IMG/VR virus record: IMGVR_UViG_3300009786_000034
Coordinates: 1-36,394 of that record
From: a virus
Taxonomy: Duplodnaviria; Caudoviricetes
Length of the DNA stretch: 36,394 nucleotides
Reading direction: 5' to 3' (one strand)
Of the stretch, positions 24,142 to 31,991 are shown piece after piece. The number at the start of each line of letters is the position of its first letter. The first letter of the stretch is position 1. Below the pieces are notes generated by a model. The model did no database searches, was not told the origin of the DNA, and saw only the letters and a list, made by a program, of their open reading frames with translations. Made by a program: the position numbers and the translations under genes.

Positions 24142-25180
24142 TGAGGTATTTAATGTTATTCATTATGTTTTTTGACAACTTTCCTTTTTTAAGTAGGGTT
24201 TCTGCCGCCGATCGAATATGGACTCTTTGCTGTGGAAGATCAAGGGTTGCCAACTTCTTTTGCCAGACTAAAAAATCTTCATTATCCATGTCTCCAAAAT
24301 CATTCTTGGTGGGTAGGCAAATGCGAAGGGTAGCAGCATCAAAGTGTCCCAGCAACTTCAAATAATTCTTAATGCAGGCATTTAACCCTCGGTTTTCTTC
24401 TTTGGAATCATCGTTATTAAATGCAAAAATAATTTCATCTATACCAAGCCCAGAAAGAAAGCACGTTAAGGCAGGGGAGACCTCTAGGCCAAAGGTTGAT
24501 AGAGCGTTTTTGATTCCTCGGTCATGCAAGGAAAGAAGGTCTCCAACGCTTTCAACTAAAATAACAGAGCCCGCTTCCATGATAAAATCAACTACTGATT
24601 TCCCCTCTCTATCTTTTAGGTAGGCGGGATAAATCCACTTAGATTTTCTTCCTATATGTTTCCATTTGGGCCTATTGTCGCTAGAAATCATATCTCTTCC
24701 AGCAAAACCATGAATCTGTTGGTGTTGGTTAAAAATCGGGAACACAAAACGCTTATTCATTTGACCATAGGTTGCAAAGCCTCCCATGAAAAATTTTAGG
24801 GTACTATCGGAGATTCCTCGGTCATTATAGAATTTATAATGAGGAAGTAATTTGGAGAGCACGTCAGAGGGGTAAATCTCATCCATTTCAAGCTTATCAG
24901 TGGGCTGCCTTTTTTCTTTAAGCTGGTCTAGGTCGGAGTCTTTTAAGTATTTTTGTAAAGCCTGTTTGTTATTTGTGCCCAGTGTCTTTTTGATTAAAGC
25001 CTCAAACTTTGAATAGGGAGTGTCTTGCACATAGTCTTTCCATACTCCCGTGTCTTTATAAATCTGGAGGGCGGTTTTATTATCGCCATCCCTAAACATG
25101 GCGTTAGTCTGCCAATATTGGCCCCTATCGGTCAATTTATAACCCAAAGATTCTAAAACTTCTTTTACGTCAACGCTCAT
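24134..25180 (-). CDS. dnaG: DnaG-type DNA primase
   Basis: RGIS, RFVFPIFN, GFAGR, PKW; TOPRIM ILVESVGD, STFG, FNNDD. Confidence 0.8.
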   Translation of the reverse strand: MSVDVKEVLESLGYKLTDRGQYWQTNAMFRDGDNKTALQIYKDTGVWKDYVQDTPYSKFEALIKKTLGTNNKQALQKYLKDSDLDQLKEKRQPTDKLEMDEIYPSDVLSKLLPHYKFYNDRGISDSTLKFFMGGFATYGQMNKRFVFPIFNQHQQIHGFAGRDMISSDNRPKWKHIGRKSKWIYPAYLKDREGKSVVDFIMEAGSVILVESVGDLLSLHDRGIKNALSTFGLEVSPALTCFLSGLGIDEIIFAFNNDDSKEENRGLNACIKNYLKLLGHFDAATLRICLPTKNDFGDMDNEDFLVWQKKLATLDLPQQRVHIRSAAETLLKKGKLSKNIMNNIKYLNE

Positions 25181-26691
25181 AATAGATCAGGGATGTCGTC
25201 TAAAATCGCCTGTTGGGGACGCAGATTGACAAGGTTTAAGGCATCTACCATATCCTGAAGATCTCCACGTTCTTCAATGGAAAAATTATCCATTTTTAAG
25301 TTAATATAATTATTCCGCTTGGAGCCATCGGGCATTTCAATAGGCTGAATGGCTCGCTGAAAATTAGAACCTAAATGCCTGGACTTTAAACAAGATAACT
25401 GGTGGGTACCGAAATCATCAGGCTCTTCCTGTATTTGATCGAGCGTTTTCCGCCTTAAGTGAAACATGTGAGAACAATACTGAATGATGCGGTCAGAAAG
25501 AGAAACCACACTTTCGTCATCTATTGTATTCTCTGCACGACGATTGGTAGTAATTCCATAACGATTACTCTGAACGCTGGTAATCATAGAAATAAGCGGG
25601 CCATCATCTCCAAGTATCTCTTTCTGAATCAAATTCTTAAATTGAGTAATCATATCTCCAACCACCTGCCACTCGCCCTGATTCTTATTTTGGGCTTGAT
25701 CTGTGGTTTTAATGTAATCAAAACTAAAAATCAAAGGGTTTCCTCTTCCTACTTTGGAATAATAAAATCGACGTATAACATTAGTCATCTCGTCTACGCT
25801 AAGGCCTGCAACATTATAATAATAAAACTTAAAGTTCTTAATTGTCTTCCATACCGCCCTCACTCGCCGAACAAAATCTGCATTATTTCTCCAAAGCCCC
25901 GTTTCTAAATAATGAATAGGAACCTTAGAAAGGGCGGCACACTGCCTCATTGTCAACTCTTCTTGTGACATTTCTCCATTATCAAAATGGAGAACGGGGA
26001 CATTATCATATTTCTCCGAAACTTTAGTAACAAAATCCAAGCAAAAAGTTGTCTTTCCTACTCCCGAACGAGCAACAACCACGGAAATATTCCCAGGCCT
26101 TAAAAGAGAACCATAAAGTTCGTTTAATCTCTCATACGGACCCATGAAACCAAATTCGGTCTTCGGGTTATCTCCGCGCTCCTCAATAAAGCCCTCCATA
26201 GAGTCATAAATATTATGGGGGGTATCATTAGAATGATAAAGGTCGATCTGTTTATTAAAAAGCGAATCGGCATGCTGGATTATCTCATCAAAAGTATGGT
26301 TAGAGCCCAGACTTTTCATTTTATTGGCTACGTCTATGGCGGCCAGGCGAATGGAGCGTCGGACACTAACTTTTTTAAGCTCTTTGGCAGCGTTAAGGAC
26401 TCCATCTTTAGAAATTTTCCGCAAACCTAAAGAGTGTATGTACTGCCCTACATCAACATTATCTTTGAAGGAGATGTTAAAGTCTTGTACTTTTTGAGCG
26501 ACAACCACTTCATCCACATGCTCTCCTCTCTCCAAGCAATTCTTTAGTATTTTGAATATCGTAGCATGTACTTGGCTGGACTGCGTGGAGAAATCTCCTT
26601 CATTTATAAATGGAGCTAACTCCGCATAAACAGTAGGGTGTTTAATTAATCCTGCTAAGAGATGTCTCTCAAGTTCCTTCGACTCAATCAT
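25177..26691 (-). CDS. dnaB: replicative DNA helicase
   Basis: N-terminal E..LL...DF...H..IF; Walker A ARSGVGKT, EMS.EEL, FDYI, Q.NR, K.RH. Confidence 0.88.
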   Translation of the reverse strand: MIESKELERHLLAGLIKHPTVYAELAPFINEGDFSTQSSQVHATIFKILKNCLERGEHVDEVVVAQKVQDFNISFKDNVDVGQYIHSLGLRKISKDGVLNAAKELKKVSVRRSIRLAAIDVANKMKSLGSNHTFDEIIQHADSLFNKQIDLYHSNDTPHNIYDSMEGFIEERGDNPKTEFGFMGPYERLNELYGSLLRPGNISVVVARSGVGKTTFCLDFVTKVSEKYDNVPVLHFDNGEMSQEELTMRQCAALSKVPIHYLETGLWRNNADFVRRVRAVWKTIKNFKFYYYNVAGLSVDEMTNVIRRFYYSKVGRGNPLIFSFDYIKTTDQAQNKNQGEWQVVGDMITQFKNLIQKEILGDDGPLISMITSVQSNRYGITTNRRAENTIDDESVVSLSDRIIQYCSHMFHLRRKTLDQIQEEPDDFGTHQLSCLKSRHLGSNFQRAIQPIEMPDGSKRNNYINLKMDNFSIEERGDLQDMVDALNLVNLRPQQAILDDIPDLL

Positions 26692-26698
26692 GTATATA

Positions 26699-26726
26699 AG
26701 AATATACTATATTGAGAAAATGTCAA
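26699..26726 (-). promoter_or_regulatory. sigma70-like promoter
   Basis: TTGACA-16-TATTCT, 7 nt before the dnaB ATG. Confidence 0.65.
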
Positions 26727-26729
26727 GAA

Positions 26730-27011
26730 CTATGATTCCTCAATACCCTCGTCTCCGTCCATTCCCATATCAATACCAAACACCGAGCTTGTGTCTTCGG
26801 CCTCTTGCAAATAGGACTCCATAGCTTTTCTGAGCCCAAACTCTACTATCTTGCTGCCATACCGAGCATAAATTAAAGGTGAGCCGTCTTGAGTCAAATA
26901 TACCAACAGCACCCCTCTAACACTCTCTATTGGGCCTGAAAACTCATATATTTTATCAAAAAGCTTACTGGGCACCTCAAACTGGGGCAGATCTTCTGGA
27001 TCGAAATTCAT
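26730..27011 (-). CDS. hypothetical protein
   Basis: 93 aa with an acidic tail; GTGTAA motif upstream. Confidence 0.75.
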   Translation of the reverse strand: MNFDPEDLPQFEVPSKLFDKIYEFSGPIESVRGVLLVYLTQDGSPLIYARYGSKIVEFGLRKAMESYLQEAEDTSSVFGIDMGMDGDEGIEES

Positions 27012-27023
27012 AGTTATTATATA

Positions 27024-27029
27024 TTACAC
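27024..27029 (-). promoter_or_regulatory. GTGTAW motif
   Basis: GTGTAA 12 nt before the ATG at 27011. Confidence 0.5.
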
Positions 27030-27032
27030 TTA

Positions 27033-27443
27033 TTAAAGTAAAACCCCATGTTTTTTAAAAAAAGACGGAGTTAATTCCTTGAGGTTGTAAATTTCAAGGA
27101 GCTGAATATTGTTTATTTTACAAAATTTTAATTTATTCTGGTCTCTTCGTAATTGATTGATATAATTATACTTGTTTCCTCCGTGAAAAAAGGGGGTATA
27201 CCTGCGGTGCTGCTCGCCCTGTACCTCTATAGCTATTTTTTTATTTGCATTATAAAAATCCAAGGACATCTTAGTGCCTGCAACGGGAAACTCCTCGAAG
27301 ACTACCTGATTGTGCCAGTATTTTTTAAGAAAGTCTTTTGTGCTCTTTTGTATTTTACTCCTGCTCTTTCCCTCCCAATCAATTAAATATTTTTTTGCAT
27401 TGGATATATTTCTGACTGCTCCTACGAGAGTTTTGAATTTCAT
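27033..27443 (-). CDS. Vsr/DUF559-like endonuclease
   Basis: LDFY...IAIEVQGEQH...RD..K..FC...I.LLEI. Confidence 0.78.
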   Translation of the reverse strand: MKFKTLVGAVRNISNAKKYLIDWEGKSRSKIQKSTKDFLKKYWHNQVVFEEFPVAGTKMSLDFYNANKKIAIEVQGEQHRRYTPFFHGGNKYNYINQLRRDQNKLKFCKINNIQLLEIYNLKELTPSFFKKHGVLL

Positions 27444-28534
27444 TGAATAGAATCTACTTCTTCCTTAATTAAGTTAAGTAAGAAATCCCTAAAAGCTCCA
27501 TTCTTCTCTAGATAGTCTATTAATTTCGGTTCCCCTTGTATTTTTTCGATGTATTCTATACCTTTCTCTTGGCATTTTTCAGCAATATCTTTATCTAATG
27601 AAATCCATGCGCCCTTCTTTTCTAGAAATCCCCATAGATAAGCAAGCTCTATCACCTCCTTCTCTAACCACACAGAAGTTCCCCCCGTTCGCCCATAACG
27701 AATAGGATATCTTACGGAAGCTCCTGTTTTTTCATTAACACTTTTACGAAAAATAATCTTGCAGATATGCCCAATAGGATTACCTTTGTCCTCCAGTTTT
27801 GAGGCGCTTGGATTCTCAAAAATGATGTCATTCATATATCTTTCTTGAAACTCCAAGATAAAATTAGCATAATGCTTGATTGCATTTCCTCCTGCCTGTT
27901 TGGTCTTGGGGCCGCCTCTCGCAGCATAAGGGTTCGTGGCTACTTCTACTCGAACTTGGGAGGTTAAAATCATCATGTGATTAAGTTTTAAAATAGGTAA
28001 AACCATTTTCTTTAAAAAAACAGAGGTAATTAAAGCTCCGCCCGCTACCTGTTCGCTATCCTCAAAAGGTTTATCGTAATCATTTTGCCGACAGAGGGCA
28101 TCTACGCTATCTACGATAAAAAGATATTTTTTCTCATCTTTATTTTGAAGAACAAGCATGCGAATTAATTCAAACACTTTCTCGAAGACGTTACAGTCAA
28201 ACTTAAAAAACCTTTCTTCGGAAGTATCTACTCCCGAGCGCTTCATTAATTCTGGACCCAACCTGCCTTCGCTTTTCACATATACCACCATCCCCTTGTC
28301 TCCGAACTGATCCTGAAAGCGTTTCGCAACAGCTAAAGCGCACGATGTTTTCCCTCCCTCATTTACTCCAGTAAAACGATGTACTCCCGTAGGTAGACCT
28401 CCTCCTAGTGCAAGGTCTAGATTCAAGCTTCCTGTCGGCACTTTATAATCAAGCTCTTCATGATCATTATAATGAAATTTTTTATTATCCTTGTCCGCGA
28501 GGAAAGCCTTGATCTTATCTAGTGTGTCGCTCAT
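27440..28534 (-). CDS. recA: RecA/UvsX-like recombinase
   Basis: TGSLNLDLALGGGLP, GVNEGGKTS, IVDSV, SQVR, GGNAIKHYA; start MSDTLDK. Confidence 0.88.
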   Translation of the reverse strand: MSDTLDKIKAFLADKDNKKFHYNDHEELDYKVPTGSLNLDLALGGGLPTGVHRFTGVNEGGKTSCALAVAKRFQDQFGDKGMVVYVKSEGRLGPELMKRSGVDTSEERFFKFDCNVFEKVFELIRMLVLQNKDEKKYLFIVDSVDALCRQNDYDKPFEDSEQVAGGALITSVFLKKMVLPILKLNHMMILTSQVRVEVATNPYAARGGPKTKQAGGNAIKHYANFILEFQERYMNDIIFENPSASKLEDKGNPIGHICKIIFRKSVNEKTGASVRYPIRYGRTGGTSVWLEKEVIELAYLWGFLEKKGAWISLDKDIAEKCQEKGIEYIEKIQGEPKLIDYLEKNGAFRDFLLNLIKEEVDSIQ

Positions 28535-28535
28535 T

Positions 28536-28880
28536 TTAGGTTGACAAAAAGTCTTTGATTGTTCTTCTTTGTTTTTCAATGTTTGCATCTTCTCCTTCTT
28601 TTATATCGCTTAATTTATGAATTACGGGCGATGGTATTTTATAATTATACTCTCCAAACTTCCTTTTTACAAGCTTTTTCCAATTAGTGCTAGCTAAAAT
28701 AGCTAAGCTGTCAAACTTTTGGCCAAAATCTACATTGCTCCAGAAGCATTGATCAGGGAACTCTTTTAAAAATCTATTAAGAAGGGTCATCTCCTTCTTC
28801 CAAAAGGGCCGCTTATTGGTCTTGGGTTCGTTGATATGACGTTGAATGATTTGTCTTTTATTAAGGCATTTATTTTTCAT
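28536..28880 (-). CDS. hypothetical protein
   Basis: 114 aa, first gene behind a promoter. Confidence 0.75.
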   Translation of the reverse strand: MKNKCLNKRQIIQRHINEPKTNKRPFWKKEMTLLNRFLKEFPDQCFWSNVDFGQKFDSLAILASTNWKKLVKRKFGEYNYKIPSPVIHKLSDIKEGEDANIEKQRRTIKDFLST

Positions 28881-28890
28881 TGCAACACCT

Positions 28891-28919
28891 ATACTATCAC
28901 AACCTATCCCTTATGTCAA
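28891..28919 (-). promoter_or_regulatory. sigma70-like promoter
   Basis: TTGACA-17-TAGTAT, 10 nt before the ATG at 28880. Confidence 0.7.
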
Positions 28920-28941
28920 GGACGATAATCTAATTTAAAGC

Positions 28942-29958
28942 CTAAAAATCATCCTCTAGGGAGCCTGACTGCTGGTATTCCCTCACCCTTCTTTCAAAGA
29001 AGTTAGTCATAGCCTGCGTATCCACTACCTCAGATAACCAAGGAAAGGGGTTATGGTCGCTCGGAAATCTATAATCCAACCCTACCGCTCCTAATCGGCG
29101 GTTTCCTATATAATGCATATAGTCTACAAACATATCGGCATTTAATCCAAGGATTCCTGTGGGTAATACATCTTTTGCGTAAGCTACTTCTAGTTCCACA
29201 GTTTTTTTCATGTGCTCTGTGAACTCCTCTTGAATAGCTTTCGTCCAAATCTTAGGGTTTTGATCTATTAAAGTATTAATAAGATAAGTCCCAAACTCAA
29301 TATGCAAGCTCTCATCTCTCAATGTATATTTAATTTGATCGGAGACTCCCTGTAATTTATTCTGCCTGCCCAGTGCCAATAGCATTGCGAAGCCAGAGAA
29401 GAAAAAAGTTCCTTCACATATAATATAATAAGTAAATAGGTTCTTAAGTAATTCCTTCTTGCCTTCTAGTGTGCTGGTGCTAAAATCATTTCTAGTTAAG
29501 TCGCTCGTAATGTTTATTAAAAAATCATCCTTGGCTTTAATAGAGGGGATGGTTTCATAAGCCCGAAAGACCTCATCTACATCGAGATCGAGACTATCGC
29601 ATATGTACACAATAGTGAGGTTGTGCAAGCTCTCCTCGTAAGCCTGCCTCAAAATATACTGGCGACACTCTGGGTCTGTAATATATTTAAATGCAGAAAG
29701 AAGTAAATTGTTTCCAACCAGAGACTCGCTGCCAGCAAAAAAACCCAAACATCTTTTTACTAAAAGCTTTTCATCGTTAGAGATTTCTCCATTCTTCCAT
29801 TGAGCTATATCCTCTTGCATGGATATCTCTGTAGGCATCCAATTATTAGCGCAACCCTTAAGAAAGAGATCCCATGCTAATTTATGTTTATGAGGGAGTA
29901 TCCTATTGACTCCCGCACTATTCTCGCTTACTAAATCCCCTGATTTTTCTTTACTCAT
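28942..29958 (-). CDS. nrdB: ribonucleotide reductase beta subunit, class Ic-like
   Basis: W.P.EI, FFAGSESLV, EESLH, EG.FF.GF, RDESLH, NFFERRV.EYQ. Confidence 0.93.
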   Translation of the reverse strand: MSKEKSGDLVSENSAGVNRILPHKHKLAWDLFLKGCANNWMPTEISMQEDIAQWKNGEISNDEKLLVKRCLGFFAGSESLVGNNLLLSAFKYITDPECRQYILRQAYEESLHNLTIVYICDSLDLDVDEVFRAYETIPSIKAKDDFLINITSDLTRNDFSTSTLEGKKELLKNLFTYYIICEGTFFFSGFAMLLALGRQNKLQGVSDQIKYTLRDESLHIEFGTYLINTLIDQNPKIWTKAIQEEFTEHMKKTVELEVAYAKDVLPTGILGLNADMFVDYMHYIGNRRLGAVGLDYRFPSDHNPFPWLSEVVDTQAMTNFFERRVREYQQSGSLEDDF

Positions 29959-29964
29959 CGCGCT

Positions 29965-29993
29965 ATCTTATACTACTTCGCACTAAAATACAA
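29965..29993 (-). promoter_or_regulatory. sigma70-like promoter
   Basis: TTGTAT-17-TAAGAT, 6 nt before the nrdB ATG. Confidence 0.55.
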
Positions 29994-29998
29994 GCTTT

Positions 29999-30424
29999 TT
30001 ATATATCCGCATAAGCCGTAAGTATACGAGAGTGAGGATTGAAGATACGAGGGGTAGGGCTAACCTGACGGTAGTACTTCTGCACTCTTTGTATGAGGGC
30101 TACAGTTACGTCCGTATTTATTTCAAATAGAAAATAATGAACCCTCATTATTTTTTGGGACAAGGCTGAGTAAAGGGCGCTTATATAGGGTTCGGGGTCC
30201 TCCTTTATCTTAATGAAAAACAAGGCGGGAATTTGTAAAGTATCTATCTCACTCATAACCTCCTCCAAGTGCTTAAGCTCTAGAACAGAGGTGAGGCTGG
30301 CGCTTTCGTGGGCGCTCAGGAAGCCCTGGTTGAAAATATTGAAAGCCCCTTTTTCTCCTCCAAAGGCATGAAGAAGCTTCTTGTAGCTCTTGAGTGCGCT
30401 ATAAATTAATGGTGCGCGATTCAC
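29999..30424 (-). CDS. hypothetical protein coupled to clpP
   Basis: GTG at 30424 overlaps the clpP stop (GTGA). Confidence 0.65.
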   Translation of the reverse strand: MNRAPLIYSALKSYKKLLHAFGGEKGAFNIFNQGFLSAHESASLTSVLELKHLEEVMSEIDTLQIPALFFIKIKEDPEPYISALYSALSQKIMRVHYFLFEINTDVTVALIQRVQKYYRQVSPTPRIFNPHSRILTAYADI

Positions 30425-31143
30425 TTTAACTCCCCTCTTATCTCGTCTACAAGACCGAGCTCTAGGGCTTCGTCCGAAGAGATCCACCAGTCTTTTCTGT
30501 CCCAGTTTCTTTTTATTTTAACCTTACTAAGGGTAGATCTTTTTGCAAAAATATCCAAGATGCGAGCTTCAATTCTTTTTATCCATGCTACTTCATCTTC
30601 AATTTCAAACGTTTTGCCGACAGCGCCAAAGGCTGCTCGATGAATCATAAGCCAAGCCTGATGCCCAATCCACCGACGATCTCCTGCCTGCAATAAAATA
30701 CCTGCCATAGAAGCCGCCATTCCTAGAGAGCCTGTAGTGACACAATGCCCGCGAGAACGGAGCTCTTGAATGAAATCAAATAAAACAAACCCGTCAATAA
30801 TCGAACCTCCTCCCGAGGAAAAGACAATTTCAATGTCACAGTTAGGATGCCTTCGTGACCACTGGGTTAACTTATACATACACTTGTTGACATTTGCTTT
30901 GTCTACCCCCGTATTAAAGCGGTAAACCATGTTCTCCTCGTCATGAGCTTTGTCTCTCCCCCAGTCTTGCTCTTTTTTCTTAGCCTCTATCAAGTTCATT
31001 CGTGCCATGTATTCGCTTTGATCTGCTTGCGCATTAATCTTGCGTGTTTCTGCTTTGAGTTTCAAGGTCTCCGCCTCAACCCTAAGTGTTTCGGCCTTAA
31101 TTTTAACTAACTCTTCTTTGGTTTTTTTTACGTCGTCTGGCAT
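30421..31143 (-). CDS. clpP: ClpP-like serine peptidase with an N-terminal heptad extension
   Basis: SSGGGSIIDG, GMAASMAG (Ser), LMIH (His), RKDWWIS..EALELGLVDEI (Asp). Confidence 0.88.
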   Translation of the reverse strand: MPDDVKKTKEELVKIKAETLRVEAETLKLKAETRKINAQADQSEYMARMNLIEAKKKEQDWGRDKAHDEENMVYRFNTGVDKANVNKCMYKLTQWSRRHPNCDIEIVFSSGGGSIIDGFVLFDFIQELRSRGHCVTTGSLGMAASMAGILLQAGDRRWIGHQAWLMIHRAAFGAVGKTFEIEDEVAWIKRIEARILDIFAKRSTLSKVKIKRNWDRKDWWISSDEALELGLVDEIRGELK

Positions 31144-31201
31144 TATTATAATAATAAGAGTGGCGGCTGGTTTTTAAAGCTAAAAGAACTTTTTATTTTG
31201 C

Positions 31202-31207
31202 GTGTAA
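31202..31207 (+). promoter_or_regulatory. GTGTAW motif
   Basis: GTGTAA 8 nt before the ATG at 31216. Confidence 0.55.
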
Positions 31208-31215
31208 CTTTATAT

Positions 31216-31524
31216 ATGTTAGTATCTATTAGCGCTCATCTTACAGAGCCTCCCAGCAGAGTTACGTGTTTTCGGGATGTAACATTATATTCTTCTTGTT
31301 TTTTAGATAATGAAAATCTTTTAGAATGCGACCCCTCTTGCCAGGATTTATATTGGCGGTGGCTCAAACGATATGGAGCATGGGATTTCGTTAAGGATAT
31401 TGTTCCTCCAAATTACCCTGTAAACATTTCAATCCGAGAGCGCGGAGGATCTATTAGCATTCCTCGATTAGGGTGTAGAAATTTAAATTCTGTTATAGCA
31501 AAGCTAGAGTCTTACTCTCGTTAA
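31216..31524 (+). CDS. hypothetical protein
   Basis: Fills the gap between clpP and the tmRNA 3' end; start moved to the ATG behind the motif. Confidence 0.6.
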   Translation: MLVSISAHLTEPPSRVTCFRDVTLYSSCFLDNENLLECDPSCQDLYWRWLKRYGAWDFVKDIVPPNYPVNISIRERGGSISIPRLGCRNLNSVIAKLESYSR

Positions 31525-31526
31525 AA

Positions 31527-31960
31527 TGGTGGAGATGGCGGGAGTCGAACCCGCGTCCTTGTGTAGATCTATAATTTATCTCGTTACAAGTTTGTCCTGC
31601 TTTTTTATGTTGTTGCAAACTCAACATTCAGTTTCATTTATTTGTCTCCGAATACTCAGCGAACTACAGTTTATGAATATGAATAACTTTTTCTGTTTTT
31701 GCAGATGTCGTCCCCACCTTCTTTTATCTGCGTCCAAGAGGCGAGGGGCAGCTTATGCTGCAACAGCCAGCTGACGCGCAACGCTCTTACGAGCTGCAAC
31801 CTTGAGAGTTGCCACCTTCTTAGAAGGATTGAAGCGGTCAAGCAGACCTTTTACAAGTTTAGAATTGGCACTTATGTATAAGCCTAGGCTTTTTAAGGAG
31901 CCAGCCCACTCCTACTTGCAATAAAAAATTTAGCTAACAAGTCGAATCCTTGTCATCCCC
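31527..31960 (-). ncRNA. ssrA: tmRNA (434 nt)
   Basis: 5' GGGGATG pairs with 3' CATCTCC-A-CCA including the G3:U wobble; GGATTCGAC; T-arm GCGGG-TTCGACT-CCCGC; pk1 AGGAG/CTCCT plus TGGGCT/AGCCTA; helix 2 pairing; tag ORF. Confidence 0.96.
31753..31869 (-). other. tmRNA tag reading frame (38 codons)
   Basis: ATAAGT-GCC resume context after pk1; ANSKLVKGLLDRFNPSKKVATLKVAARKSVARQLAVAA*; stop codon in the loop of hairpin GCAGC-ATAA-GCTGC. Confidence 0.85.
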
Positions 31961-31982
31961 ATATCAAATAACTAAAAAGAGT

Positions 31983-31988
31983 TTACAC
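31983..31988 (-). promoter_or_regulatory. GTGTAW motif upstream of the tmRNA
   Basis: GTGTAA 22 nt before the mature 5' end. Confidence 0.5.
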
Positions 31989-31991
31989 TAC

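Noticed and set aside
31527-31560. tRNA gene
   Set aside because: The T-arm and CCA end pair with a 5' end 434 nt away, with no anticodon arm and an internal tag ORF, so this is a tmRNA.
31526-31881. Plus-strand ORFs 31526-31774 and 31699-31881
   Set aside because: They are antisense to the tmRNA; MVEMAGVEPAS is simply the reverse complement of its acceptor and T-arm.
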